Shown: positions 9,290-19,845, counted from the stretch's first letter. The stretch: DNA of 64,000 bases from Alphaproteobacteria bacterium (GCA_965214705.1 OZ243972.1:864001-928000); one strand, 5' to 3'. Notes: a model not told the origin generated them from the letters alone. Made by a program: numbers and translations.

Positions 9290-9811
9290 GTCCCATGCTT
9301 AACCGCTCGGCGATCTCAGTCATCGTCGAGTCCGGGCCGGCGGCGCAACAGCTCAATGATCCGATCCGCATGCATCCTGTTGGGGCTCCTCGGTCAAACT
9401 ATCAGCCTCCCCGTGATCGGCCTGCGGCTCGTGCCGCAAGAGCGCGCGGCCCACCATCTCGGGCGTTGCTCCCTTGTAGCAGTGGATATCGACCAACGAA
9501 TTCGCCCGTCATGTGGCACCACGTTTTTCGCAGCCCGGTACCCGGACGGGAGGGAGAAGCCCGGACATCCGGGATTCTTTCAATCCGTGATCGTCAAATC
9601 AGCGACCAAACTGTTGAAGATGAGCCTAATGTCCGGTTCCCAGGGCTCGTTTTTTGTCCGACAAGGCGCGGCGTGGGCGTATTCAGCGACCCATTTTGGG
9701 ACGCATTTTGTTGTCTGAGCGCCGGTTTGGGCCTCATGGAGGTAGCACCAACCTCGCAGGCGGCCACTCCGCACTGATTCTTGGCACTTGATGACGACAA
9801 AAAATTGGTCC

Positions 9812-10500
9812 TGTCCTGATTCCGAAGTTCGCATAGCTATGATTGAGCTGGCGCGAGTTCGAGGGTTCTCAGGCAGAAGCGCTTGATGGAAGCCAGGATT
9901 TCGTCGGCTGACTTGTGCCAGCGGAACGGCTTGGGGTCCTCGTTGACGGCCTCGATGTAGGCGGTGATCGCCTGCTCCAACTCGACGGTCGAGCGGTGAA
10001 CCCCGCGACGGATCTGCTTCTCCGTCAGATCGGAGAAGAACCGCTCCACCTGGTTGAGCCACGACGCCGAGGTCGGCGTGAAGTGGACATGCCAACGAGG
10101 CCGCTTGGCGAACCAGGCGCGGACTTCCTTTGTCTTGTGCGTCGAGTAGTTGTCCATGACGATATGGATGTCGAGATCCTCGGGCACGTTGGCCTCGATG
10201 TGGTCCAGGAACTTGCGGAACTCTCGGCTTCGGTGACGGCGGAAACACTTGCCGATGACCTCGCCGGTGGCGACGTCGAGGGCGGCGAACAACGAGGTCG
10301 TGCCGTTGCGCTTGTAGTCATGGGTGCGCCGCTCGGCCTGGCCCGGCCGCAGCGGCAGCAAGGGCCGGGTGCGGTCGAGGGCCTGAACCTGGGACTTCTC
10401 GTCCACACAGAGAACCATGGCATGCTGCGGCGGGTCCACGTACAGGCCGACGATGTCGCGCACCTTGTCCACGAAGTACGGGTCCGCCGACAGCTTGAAG
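9812..10500 (-). mobile_element. 5'-truncated IS630-family element (DDE domain intact, HTH lost); CDS remnant 9837-10500
   Basis: [56 protein letters not shown]. End-like TGTCCTGATTC near 9812. Confidence 0.85.
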
Positions 10501-10624
10501 GCACATACCTCGAGAACGCGGCACGATTGACTTTCGGCGGGGCTGCTTGATACAAGGCCAAGGTCTGCGGGCCCCAGCGCACCGCGCATCGTCCGTCGCC
10601 AACGGGAAGCGGCCTTGAGGCGCC

Positions 10625-11659
10625 ATGGCCTTCCTGCGCAACGCTTGGTATGTGGCCGCGTGGGCCGGGGATGTCGGCCGGTCGCCGATCCGCCGGACGG
10701 TCCTCGGCGAGAATGTCGTGCTGTTCAGGAAGGAGAACCGGGACCCGGTCGCGCTCGCGGATCGCTGCCCGCACAAGCTGCTCCCGCTCTCCAGGGGACG
10801 GCTCAAGGGGGATCTACTGCAGTGCGGCTATCACGGCTTGGCCTATGACGAGACCGGTGCCTGCGTCCACGTCCCCGGCCAGGACGCGATCCCGGCGGAC
10901 GCCAAGGTCCATAGCTATCCGGTTTCCGAGAACATGGGGCTGGTGTGGATCTGGATGGGCGATCCCGCGCGCGCCGACCGGGCCGACATTTACGATCTTC
11001 CCGAGTACCACGATCCCGCCTGGGGCGTCTCCCACGGCGACACCATCCATCAGAGATCGGACTATCTGCTGCTGTGCGACAATCTGTGCGATCCGTCCCA
11101 TGTGAGCTACGTGCATCCGACGACGCTCGGCAACCCCGACGGCGAGGGCGTTCCGGTCACCTTCGAGGAGCGGGAATGGGGCGTCACCACCTCGCGTTGG
11201 ACACTCGACAGCGAGCCGGTCGGCTTGGTGAAGGCCTTCGACAGGTTCGACGGAAGGGTCGACCGGTGGCAGTTCTACCACATGCGTCTGCCGTCGATCG
11301 CGATCATCGACTTCGGCACCGTGGCCGCGGGCACCGGCGCGCCCGAGGGCAATCTCGACGATTGCTTCCGGCTCTACGCCTGCCACTTTCTCACGCCGGA
11401 GACGGCGACGACCTGCTTCGACCGCTGGCTGCACGTCCGCAATTTCGCGCCTGACGACGGGTCGGTTGGCGAGAAGATCAGCGAGATGTTCCGCGTGGCG
11501 TTCGCCGAGGACAAGGAGATCCTCGAAGCGATTCAGATCGAGGAGGACAACGATGCCGGCGGGCCGCGGGTCGGGCTCGACATCGACGCGCCGCCCTACC
11601 TGTTCCGCCGCATGGTGAAGCGGCGCATCCGGGCCGAGGCGCGCGCCGCCGCCGGATAG
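10625..11659 (+). CDS. Rieske non-heme iron oxygenase, alpha subunit (VanA/O-demethylase-like)
   Basis: CPH...CGYHG Rieske motif, [13 protein letters not shown] iron site, [10 protein letters not shown]. Confidence 0.92.
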   Translation: MAFLRNAWYVAAWAGDVGRSPIRRTVLGENVVLFRKENRDPVALADRCPHKLLPLSRGRLKGDLLQCGYHGLAYDETGACVHVPGQDAIPADAKVHSYPVSENMGLVWIWMGDPARADRADIYDLPEYHDPAWGVSHGDTIHQRSDYLLLCDNLCDPSHVSYVHPTTLGNPDGEGVPVTFEEREWGVTTSRWTLDSEPVGLVKAFDRFDGRVDRWQFYHMRLPSIAIIDFGTVAAGTGAPEGNLDDCFRLYACHFLTPETATTCFDRWLHVRNFAPDDGSVGEKISEMFRVAFAEDKEILEAIQIEEDNDAGGPRVGLDIDAPPYLFRRMVKRRIRAEARAAAG

Positions 11660-11762
11660 CGCGGGGTGTCTCCCCGCGCATGCGGGAAACGGCGGCGCGT
11701 GCCGGTCTTCCGCGCAACCGACCTCCGGGGCCGGGGCCCGGCGCATCGGATGGAGAAGAACG

Positions 11763-12200
11763 ATGAAGACGATTGGCGGGCTGTGCGTTGCGCTGTCGAT
11801 ATTCACCGTGGGTTTCGCGGGCGGTGCATATGCCGATGTCGAGAATATCTGGCTCACCGAGGGCGGCAAATCGCATGTGAAGATCGAGCCCTGCGGCGAG
11901 AGGCTGTGCGGCGAGATCGTCTGGCTCAGGGAGCCCAACAGGGACGACGGCTCGGCAAAGCTCGACCGCAGGAACGAGGATAAGTCCCTTCGTGGCCGGC
12001 CGATACTGGGTCTCCAGGTGCTGACGGACTTCGAGGACGAGGGCGGCGGCACGTGGAGGGGCGGCGAAATCTACAACCCCGAGGACGGCAAGACTTACAG
12101 CTCCAAGCTGGAGCTCGTCGATTCGAATACCCTGGAGGTCAGCGGTTGCGTCTTCTTCGGCCTCCTCTGCAAGACGCAGACCTGGACCCGCGTCGAGTGA
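11763..12200 (+). CDS. DUF2147 family exported protein
   Basis: Signal peptide; CGERLCGEIVWL, GGEIYNPEDGKTY, GCV...CKTQTWTR. Confidence 0.9.
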   Translation: MKTIGGLCVALSIFTVGFAGGAYADVENIWLTEGGKSHVKIEPCGERLCGEIVWLREPNRDDGSAKLDRRNEDKSLRGRPILGLQVLTDFEDEGGGTWRGGEIYNPEDGKTYSSKLELVDSNTLEVSGCVFFGLLCKTQTWTRVE

Positions 12201-12287
12201 AGCGCCCGTTCGCTTTCGGCCAGTGCCCGGCATTCGTCGCGGTCGACGTCTCGCCGACGAGCTTCTGCCGGGGAAGGGAGGCCGTTC

Positions 12288-13361
12288 GTGAGGTTTGAAA
12301 GGAATGAAGGCATGGTTCCAAGAGGCTCGTCCCGGCTCGCGGCGAGACTCGGGGCGTGGGTCTGCGGCGCGTTCGTCCTGGTTGCCGCCTGTGCCTCCGG
12401 GTTCGCTGCGTTGCCCTCGGCCTGCACCACGGACGGGCGCGTCCTCGTTGTCGGCTTCTACGCATTCTTCGCGCCGGTGAGCCACAGCGCCGACGGCGAC
12501 CCCGGGTCCGACGGTTTCGACACCCATCTCGGCTACGAGGCGGATCTGCTGACCGCCCTCGAGGCGATGGAAGGCGCGGGACTGTCGTTTTCCCGCCGTG
12601 GTATCGCGGTCTGGGAGAATATCTGGTTGCGTCCGGTCGGTTCGCACTACGACGTCGTGGGCGGCGGCATCACGATCCTCGACTCCCGGACCCGCGACGC
12701 GGCGGGCGAGAAGGCGGTCGTCTTCACCTCGGGTCATATCGCGTTTCGCCAATCGCTTCTGGTGCGCGCCGACGATGCCGGGCGCCTTGCAGGATATGAC
12801 GATCTGACCGGCGATGTGCGCGTCGGCGTTCTGGCCGGAACGACGGGGGAGTTCCGCCTGTTGGAGTTGACGGGCCTCGTCGATGCGGCCGGCGTTCTGG
12901 CCACGGGGGCGCGCGTGGACACGCCGGGCGGCGTGGCGGTTGCCGACGGCAGCGTAGCTTACGTCATCAATGCCGCCGGCGCATCGCCGCAACTCGTGGG
13001 ACGGCGGCATATCCACCCGCCATCGAACGCCATGCCTCAAGTAGTCTATCTCGGCGACGAAACCGGCGAGACGGAACTCCTCGAAGCCCTTCGCACCGGC
13101 GGGATAGACGCGGTGGCGAGAGGCGAGATCGGCAACCGCGACGCCGCGGTCGACGGCGCCTTCGCTGTCACGGCTCTCGATTCCCGGACCGAACATGGCG
13201 GCTTTGCGCTTGCTGCAACGGACGCGGCGCTGGCGGCTTGCTTCGACCGCAAGATCGACTGGCTGACCGATGGCGGGCGGATCGGGTATGGCGAGTGGCG
13301 CGGCGACTCCTCGGTCTTCATGCAGCGCGCCGAACGGTGGGACCTCGATCGGGAAGGTTGA
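12288..13361 (+). CDS. Amino-acid-type ABC transporter substrate-binding protein (orphan)
   Basis: Signal-like N-terminus; FFAPVS, GYEADLL, DVVGGGITILDSR, VGVLAGTTGE, GGIDAVARG. Confidence 0.7.
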   Translation: MRFERNEGMVPRGSSRLAARLGAWVCGAFVLVAACASGFAALPSACTTDGRVLVVGFYAFFAPVSHSADGDPGSDGFDTHLGYEADLLTALEAMEGAGLSFSRRGIAVWENIWLRPVGSHYDVVGGGITILDSRTRDAAGEKAVVFTSGHIAFRQSLLVRADDAGRLAGYDDLTGDVRVGVLAGTTGEFRLLELTGLVDAAGVLATGARVDTPGGVAVADGSVAYVINAAGASPQLVGRRHIHPPSNAMPQVVYLGDETGETELLEALRTGGIDAVARGEIGNRDAAVDGAFAVTALDSRTEHGGFALAATDAALAACFDRKIDWLTDGGRIGYGEWRGDSSVFMQRAERWDLDREG

Positions 13362-13902
13362 GGGACGGAATCGCGCGCCGCCAACCACGGCGGCGGGATC
13401 GTCACGCCGCATCGCCTGAGACCTCGCGGGTTTGGGCGATCACGGGATCGACCGCGGAACGCAGGGCTTCGTCTTCCGTGCCCCGTCAGGGCGGCGGAGA
13501 CGGAAACGGTCGAGCCGCCGGTCGCCGGTACGGCTTCATCAGAGAGGGCAAGCCAGGCAACTGCGGCTCTCGCGTGCGCAGGTCGAGCGGATTGTCGGCA
13601 GGCCGAAGCGTGTCGGGAGCTGACGCAGCCGACGGCCAAACGAGGGGCGGAGAGGGTCGCCTTCAGGACGGGAACACTGCGCACATGGCAGTTGACAGCC
13701 CGGCTTCGTGTCGAGGCTGAGGAGCATGTTCACGGCAGCCACTCGCGAAGCGCGAATCGCACAAATGGAACCGTTCGCGAAGAAGTCCTGAATTTCACGA
13801 ACTTGCCATTGCGGGCGGCAGACCTCGCCGTCGAGCATGGACGCGCTGTGAGGCCGCACAGGGGTGCGGCCGGCCGGATCGCCCGAAACAGGAGGTACTG
13901 TC

Positions 13903-14334
13903 ATGATGATCGGATTGCTCGCCGCCGCCGCCGTGGCCGCACTCGTCAGCGTTGAAGCCGCGGCCGCCGACCTTTCCATCGAGGTGCACGGGATCCGCTC
14001 CGACGACGGACGGCTCTACCTCGCCGTTCACGGACCGGGGGAGAAGGACTCCTTCCCCGCCGCAACCGATGTGGTGAAAGGATTCCGCGAGCCCGCCCGC
14101 GCCGGGACAGTGCGATTCGTGGTGCACGACCTCGCTCCGGGACGGTACGCGATGACCGCGTTCCATGACGAAAACGACAACGGTGAGCTCGACACGGACG
14201 AACGCGGGATCCCCTCGGAAGGATATGCGTTCGGGAACGACGCGAGCGCTGCCTTCGGGCCGCCGAGCTTCGACTCCGCTGCCGTCACCGTCGACGGCAC
14301 GTCCACCGTCGCCGTGATGACAATGCAGTATTAG
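13903..14334 (+). CDS. DUF2141 family exported protein
   Basis: LAPGRYAMTAFHDENDNGELD...GIPSEGYAFGN...GPPSF. AGGAGG RBS upstream. Confidence 0.9.
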   Translation: MMIGLLAAAAVAALVSVEAAAADLSIEVHGIRSDDGRLYLAVHGPGEKDSFPAATDVVKGFREPARAGTVRFVVHDLAPGRYAMTAFHDENDNGELDTDERGIPSEGYAFGNDASAAFGPPSFDSAAVTVDGTSTVAVMTMQY

Positions 14335-14355
14335 TGTCTCCGCCGCTCGGCAGGG

Positions 14356-14381
14356 GAGGGGGGCCGGAGTCGGTCCCCCTC
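14356..14381 (+). terminator. GC-rich hairpin after the DUF2141 gene
   Basis: GAGGGGGGCCG-GAGT-CGGTCCCCCTC, 11-bp stem with one G-U pair; no U tract. Confidence 0.35.
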
Positions 14382-14483
14382 ATCGAGGTCAGGTCGAATT
14401 GTCTTGGCCCAATCTGAACAACGGAGCCGCAATTGTCGCCGCTGTGAATATAGCCGGCTTGTCTACGCTGGACCCGATGGGCA

Positions 14484-14594
14484 GTCGCTACGTTGAGCCG
14501 GGCGGGCCTGGGCGCCCTGGAGCCCGGCCAGCGTGTGAACCTCATGGTGGAGCAGGGAGCGCGCGGGCCCCAGGCGACGGATGTCGAACCGATC
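14484..14594 (+). pseudogene. C-terminal remnant of a cold-shock domain protein
   Basis: VATLSRAGLGALEPGQRVNLMVEQGARGPQATDVEPI matches the second half of a CSD; the RNP1/RNP2 half is absent. Confidence 0.6.
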
Positions 14595-14717
14595 CGAGCG
14601 GTGCGCCGCGCATCCGCCCGGCAGTACCGGCGCCGACGGCGGCCGGCATCGCATCTATCGCAAGGGAGAGCGCGCCCCCAATGCGGGCGCCGTTCGGGCC
14701 CGGTGGAGAGGAGCGCC

Positions 14718-15059
14718 CTATTCGACCATCCGCTTGAGGCCCGCGAGCGGCCGTACCTTGACCGCCGTCGAGGCCGGCTTGGCGGGCACCTGGATCTCCT
14801 CCCCCGTGCGCGGCGAGACCATCGTCCGCGCCTTCCTGGCGGGCTTGCGCGCACGTGTGATCCTCAACAGGCCGGGAAGCGTGAAGGTGCCGACGGCGCG
14901 TTTCTTGATGTGGCGCTCGATGAGAAGCCCCAACTCGTCGAGCACCGCCGAGACGTCCCTCTTCGGAAGCCCCGTCGATTCGGAAAGCGAAGCCACCAAT
15001 TGCGTCTTGGTCATCGCCTTCTTGAGCGCGGTGGCCTTGCGGGGAGGGGATACCGTCAT
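14718..15059 (-). CDS. HU family DNA-binding protein
   Basis: MTKTQLVASLSESTGLPKRDV..., FTLPGLL, SPRTGEEIQVPAKPA, VKVRPLAGLK. Confidence 0.9.
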   Translation of the reverse strand: MTVSPPRKATALKKAMTKTQLVASLSESTGLPKRDVSAVLDELGLLIERHIKKRAVGTFTLPGLLRITRARKPARKARTMVSPRTGEEIQVPAKPASTAVKVRPLAGLKRMVE

Positions 15060-15208
15060 GTCCTGAGCCTCCGATGGTGTGGCTGAGGGCGGCTGGATAC
15101 TACGCCGGCAAGCCGGTGCCAAGGCCGCGCGCAAACGTACGCGCCCGGCCGGCACCGGGAAAGGAACCGGCGGGCCTCGCCACGCGCCGACGGACCCGCC
15201 CGCTCCGG

Positions 15209-16774
15209 TCAGCGCCCTTTGCCGTCCAGAGCGTATTCCTCCGCCCGCCAGGCGGCCAGACTCGAGTCGAGAACATGCTCCATGACCGGCAGCGTCTGCA
15301 GCGCCGCGCCGTCGATCAACGCTGCCGCCGTCGCGGCGAAGGACCGCCAGTCCCCCTCCCCCGTTGCGGCACTCAACACGTGTGCCGCTCTCGCAATGAG
15401 AAGCGACCAGTAGTCGCGCCGCCTGTCGAGCGCCGCCCGGAATGCCGCAGTCGCTTGCCGCCGGCCGCCAATCCCCTTCACTGCCTCGTCCACGATCGCC
15501 GTGCCCTCGTACCAGGTCTTCACCAGACTGTGGTCGTAGGGCCACTCGGCGCTCCGCTCGATTAGCCGCGCCCGCTCGCGAGGCCGCAAGCCCGCGATCT
15601 CGCCCGCAGGGTCAACGTGCAAGAGCCAGTCCTGCGCCGTCATCGGCTGCGGCTTCAGCGTGCCCAGGCCGCAGGCCCGGGCCACGTCGATCAGGCCCGG
15701 CGGCCCGGGCTTCCCGGCAGACAGACCCTCCGCAAGCGCCGCCGATAGCGCGGGCTCCAGCGCCTCCAAAGCCAGCTCCATGTTGCACGTCTGAGCCAAC
15801 TGGCCCGACAGCATGGCTCCCGCCTCCTCCCCCCGAACCAGGAAAGCCTCCTTCACCCCATGACCGATCTTCAAGAGCACCAGGGCGGCCGCAGGCCCGT
15901 CCGCGCCCTCGAGCGAGACCGCGAAGCTCTGGCTGCCCGAGCCGTCCGGCAAGGATCCGAGAAGCCCGGCAGGCCGAAGCGCAGGACGCTCGAGCGGCCC
16001 GGCCAGCTCGTGCCGCCGCGCGCCCCGAAGAGCCGCGTCCAACGCCGCGCGGGCGTCGTCCGCCGGAACCCAGATCCGGATCAGCGGCAGAGCCGAGGCG
16101 GCCGCAGCATCGAGGCTGCCCCGTTCCGCCCGCTCCCCGAGGCCTGCCGCCGCCGCCCGGCGCACCTCCGGCGCCGGATCCAGCAGCCAATACAGCGCGA
16201 GGGGGCCGCACCACGCCTCGTCACGCCCCGCCACCTGATGCACGAAGGCCAGGCGCAACGGCGGCGGCATCCCGCTCAGCAGCTCGTTCAGAAAGCCGTG
16301 CAGCATGTAGTCGTCGCCGTCCGCCTCGCGCCGGAGACCGTCGATTTGTGCATCGAAGTCGTCCGGCAACCCTTCAGCCTCGATTGCGCTCCCCGCGCCC
16401 GTCATGAGAGCCGACACCAGGGCCTGCGGCACCTCCAGCTCGGCAATGGCGTAGGCCCGGGCCAGGGAAACGCCCGCATCGAGATCCAGGCCGCCGGACC
16501 CGCACAGCGCGGCGATCGCCTCTTCCGCCTCCGACAGAAAGCCGGCGCCCAGCCGTCCGCGGTTCTCCTTGTTCATACGCGCCTGGTCGAGCAGCAGCGT
16601 GAACAGGGTCAACCGCGCTTCCGCGTCCGCCTTGCCGCCCGAGATCAGCGCCGAGGCCGAACCGGGTGTCCCCAGGAGCAACGTGCTGCGGTCCCGCGCC
16701 AGGCGCATCGCGGCGTCGGGGCCGTCTGCCTTGCCGAGCTGCTTGAGAAGGGAACGAAGCCGAGCGTCCGACAC
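15209..16774 (-). CDS. Hypothetical protein (521 aa)
   Basis: Long ORF with normal amino-acid composition, a HEAT-like segment WLLDPAPEVRRAAA and a DGSGSQS motif. Confidence 0.65.
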   Translation of the reverse strand: MSDARLRSLLKQLGKADGPDAAMRLARDRSTLLLGTPGSASALISGGKADAEARLTLFTLLLDQARMNKENRGRLGAGFLSEAEEAIAALCGSGGLDLDAGVSLARAYAIAELEVPQALVSALMTGAGSAIEAEGLPDDFDAQIDGLRREADGDDYMLHGFLNELLSGMPPPLRLAFVHQVAGRDEAWCGPLALYWLLDPAPEVRRAAAAGLGERAERGSLDAAAASALPLIRIWVPADDARAALDAALRGARRHELAGPLERPALRPAGLLGSLPDGSGSQSFAVSLEGADGPAAALVLLKIGHGVKEAFLVRGEEAGAMLSGQLAQTCNMELALEALEPALSAALAEGLSAGKPGPPGLIDVARACGLGTLKPQPMTAQDWLLHVDPAGEIAGLRPRERARLIERSAEWPYDHSLVKTWYEGTAIVDEAVKGIGGRRQATAAFRAALDRRRDYWSLLIARAAHVLSAATGEGDWRSFAATAAALIDGAALQTLPVMEHVLDSSLAAWRAEEYALDGKGR

Positions 16775-17038
16775 CGACGCGCTCCTTTCTTCTGTGGGCT
16801 ATTTCCCCTGTGGGGCCGCCGGTCGATCATGGCATGCGCGGCATGGGGAACAAGGGGCATTCTTGTGCCGGCGGCGAAAAGGCCGCGCCGGGCCGGGCCG
16901 CTGGCGAGGGCGCGAGGCAGGTCGTTGCCGGGCGCGCAGCGACGCCTCAGAATGAGCGGAAGAATCGATTGGCTTTCGAAGCGGAAGCAGCGTTCCATGG
17001 ACCGCGTGGGACGGCACCGTCGAAAGGGAACCGGGCGC

Positions 17039-17416
17039 ATGACCGAGCGGCGCTGGCAGGACATCTGGATGGAGCAGTGCGAGGCCGCCGAGGCCGTCAT
17101 GCACCGCTTCGGCGTCGAGGCCGCCTTCGACTACATCGTCGGCGAGAAGCTGGTGAGCTTCGCGCAGGCGGCTGCGGAGCGCCCGGAGTTCGCGCAGGCT
17201 TTGCCGGGTTTCGTGTCGCGGCTGAGGCGCATGTTCACGGCGGAGGAGATGCAGGACAATTTCACCCGGTTCGAGCGGCTGTTGCGGGACAAGGAAGAGG
17301 CTGCTGCGGAAGCCCCCGAGTTGAGCATCGAGGATCCGAAGGCGATCGCCGAACGGGCGCGGCAGCTGGGTCTTCTCAGGGAGTTGCTATTCGCTCCCGC
17401 GCTCGGGACATCGTGA
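17039..17416 (+). CDS. Small hypothetical protein coupled to recD2
   Basis: MTERRWQDIWMEQCEAA...AFDYIVGEKL...FVSRLRRMF. The stop overlaps the GTG of recD2 (GTGA). Confidence 0.7.
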   Translation: MTERRWQDIWMEQCEAAEAVMHRFGVEAAFDYIVGEKLVSFAQAAAERPEFAQALPGFVSRLRRMFTAEEMQDNFTRFERLLRDKEEAAAEAPELSIEDPKAIAERARQLGLLRELLFAPALGTS

Positions 17417-19622
17417 CGCGGGGAGCCCGGCCGCAAGCGCAGTCTTCGGATCGCGAGGTCCTGGCCGGGCTGGTCGAGCGCGTCACCTTCCACAACCCCG
17501 AGAACGGCTTCTGCGTGCTCCGGACCAAGGCGCGGGGCCATCGCGACCTGGTCACGGTGGTGGGCCACGCCGCCATGGTCGGGGCCGGGGAATGGATCAC
17601 GGCGTCCGGCGAGTGGATCAACGACCGCACCCACGGGCACCAGTTCAAGGCGCGCTTCATGCGCACCTCCGCCCCGTCCTCGGTCGAGGGCGTCGAGAGG
17701 TATCTGGGCTCGGGCACGATCCGGGGCATCGGCCCGGTCTACGCCGGCAAGCTGGTCCGGGCGTTCGGCGAGACGGTCTTCGACGTCATCGAGGCGGCGC
17801 CCGAGCGGCTGCGCGAGGTGACGGGGATCGGCAAGGTCCGGGCGAAGCGCATCACCGACGCCTGGGCGGAGCAGAAGGCGGTCCGCGAGATCATGGTGTT
17901 CCTGCACAGCCACGGGGTGGGCACGGCGCGGGCGGTGCGGATATTCAAGACCTACGGCGCCGACGCCGTGGAGGTCATGACGGAGAACCCGTACCGGCTG
18001 GCCCGCGACATCCGCGGCATCGGGTTCAAGACCGCCGATGCGATCGCGATGAAGCTCGGCATCGAGAAGACGGCCATGGTCCGCGTTCGCGCGGGCATCT
18101 CGTGTGCGCTGACCGAGGCGATGGACGAGGGGCATTGCGGCCTGCCGGCGGACGAGCTGGGACCGCTGGCATCCCGGCTCCTGGAGGTGCCCGACGACCT
18201 GATCCGCACCGCGCTCGACCTGGAGCTGGCGGAGGGCACCGTGGTCGCGGACACGGTGGAGGATATCCCCTGCATCTTCCTCGGGGGCCTCTACCGGGCG
18301 GAACAGGCGATCGCGGAGCGGCTTCTCAGGATCGCGGCCGGCAAGCTGCCCTGGGCCGCAATCGACGCGGAGAAGGCGCTGCCGTGGGTCGAGCGGAAGA
18401 CGGGGCTCACGCTGGCGGCCGGTCAGGCCGAAGCGGTCCGTCTGGCGCTCACGTCCAAGGTCACGGTCGTCACCGGGGGTCCGGGCGTCGGCAAGACGGC
18501 GATCGTCAACGCGATCCTGCGCATCCTCTCGGCCAAGGGCGTGGACATTCTCCTGTGCGCGCCGACCGGGCGCGCCGCGAAGCGGATGAGCGAGGCCACC
18601 GGGATGGAGGCGAAGACGGTGCATCGCCTGCTTGAGGTCGATCCCCGGCACGGCGGGTTCAAACGCGACGGGGACAACCCTCTCGACTGCGGCCTGCTGG
18701 TGATCGGCGAGATCTCGATGGTGAACGTCATGCTGATGCGGGCGCTGCTGACGGCGGTGCCCGACGAGGCCGCGCTGCTGATCGTGGGCGACGTCGACCG
18801 GCTGCCCTCCGTGGGACCCGGCCAGGTGCTCGCCGACATCATCGCATCCGGCGCGGTCCCGGTGGTGCGGCTGACCGAGGTGTTCCGCCAGGCGGCGCGA
18901 AGCCGGATCGTCACGACCGCGCACGGCATCAACCGGGGCGCCATCCCCGATCTCTCGCGACCCGACAGCGACAGCGACTTCTATTTCGTACCGGCGGACG
19001 ATCCGGAGACCGCCGCCGCGAGGATCGTAGAGCTGGTGAAGACGCGCATCCCGAAGCGCTTCGGCCTCGACCCGGTGCGCGATATCCAGGTGCTGTGTCC
19101 GATGAACCGCGGCGGCGCGGGCGCGCGTTCGCTCAACATCGAGCTCCAGTCCGCCCTCAACCCTGCCGGCGAGCGCAAGGTGGAGCGCTTCGGCTGGACC
19201 TTCGCGCCCGGCGACAAGGTGATTCAGATCGAGAACGACTACGACAAGGAGGTCTACAACGGCGACATCGGCCATGTCGCCGACGTGGACCCCGAGCGGG
19301 GGAGCTGACTGCGCAGTTCGAGGGAAGCGATCACGTCTACGGCTTCGGCGAGCTCGACACGCTGGTGCCGGCCTATGCCGCGACCGTGCACAAGAGCCAG
19401 GGCTCGGAGCATCCGGCCGTGGTTATCCCGGTTCTGACGCAGCACTACGCCATGCTGCGGCGCAACCTGCTCTACACAGGCATCACGCGGGGCAAGCGGC
19501 TGGTGGTCCAGAAGGCGGTGGCGATCGCGGTGCGCAACGTCTCGGGCCGGCGGCGCTGGTCGAAGCTCGACGAATGGCTGGACCGCCGCCCGGCTCGTTC
19601 CGACGCTCGGCGAACGTCGTGA
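17413..19622 (+). pseudogene. recD2: RecD2-like SF1B helicase, frameshifted and with degenerate motifs
   Basis: VERVTFHNPENGF, HhH GIGPVYA, GGPGVGKT. Walker B reads VIGEISMVN, motif III reads GDVDRLPSVG. Frameshift near 19297-19302; the C-terminus (AYAATVHKSQGSE, LYTGITRG) continues in ORF 19095..19622. Confidence 0.85.
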
Positions 19623-19653
19623 CGAGCGGGCGCGGCCCCGCAATCGCCGCCGC

Positions 19654-19818
19654 TCAGGGAGACGAAGGCCGGGCGCCGCCGCGAAGGATATCCTCGCCGA
19701 TGCTGGCCGCGATCCGCGCCGCAGACGCGTTCATCGCTTCCCGTGTCAAGTGAGCGTACCGCGCCGTCGTCGGCACCTCTGCGTGGCCCAACAGCCGCGC
19801 GATCATCGGAAGGCTCTC
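19654..19818 (-). pseudogene. C-terminal fragment of a tyrosine integrase
   Basis: ESLPMIARLLGHAEVPTTARYAHL (box II with the catalytic Tyr). Confidence 0.8.
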
Positions 19819-19845
19819 GCGGGCCTCAAGCGGATGGTCGAATAG
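19816..19845 (+). repeat. Exact 30-bp copy of the 3' end of the HU gene, inverted relative to 14718-14747
   Basis: CTCGCGGGCCTCAAGCGGATGGTCGAATAG at 19816-19845 is the reverse complement of 14718-14747; partial similarity continues past the stop. Confidence 0.85.

Larger units (their letters stand above)
6772..9375 (-). pseudogene. Small winged-HTH gene interrupted by the IS4 element and carrying a frameshift
   Basis: Joining the IS flanks gives MHADRIIELLRRRPGLDDD/(+1)EIAERLSMGRNHVNGECIHLANQGKVRRAPGTRGKIVNHL...DG*. AGGAG lies upstream of ATG 9375. Confidence 0.55.

Noticed and set aside
7020-9302. 760-aa plus-strand ORF and similar long shadows (17131..19275, 22921..25242, 11478..13412)
   Set aside because: Antisense frames of recognisable genes in high-GC DNA, with no motifs of their own.
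9376-9811. Non-coding stretch with TTTTGTC/GACAAAA-like words suggesting transposon ends or an ncRNA
   Set aside because: The repeats are short and irregular; no convincing terminal structure or RNA fold.
13432-13623. LRLSRAQVERIVGRP resembling an SmpA/BamE-like motif
   Set aside because: Too short and degenerate to support a call.
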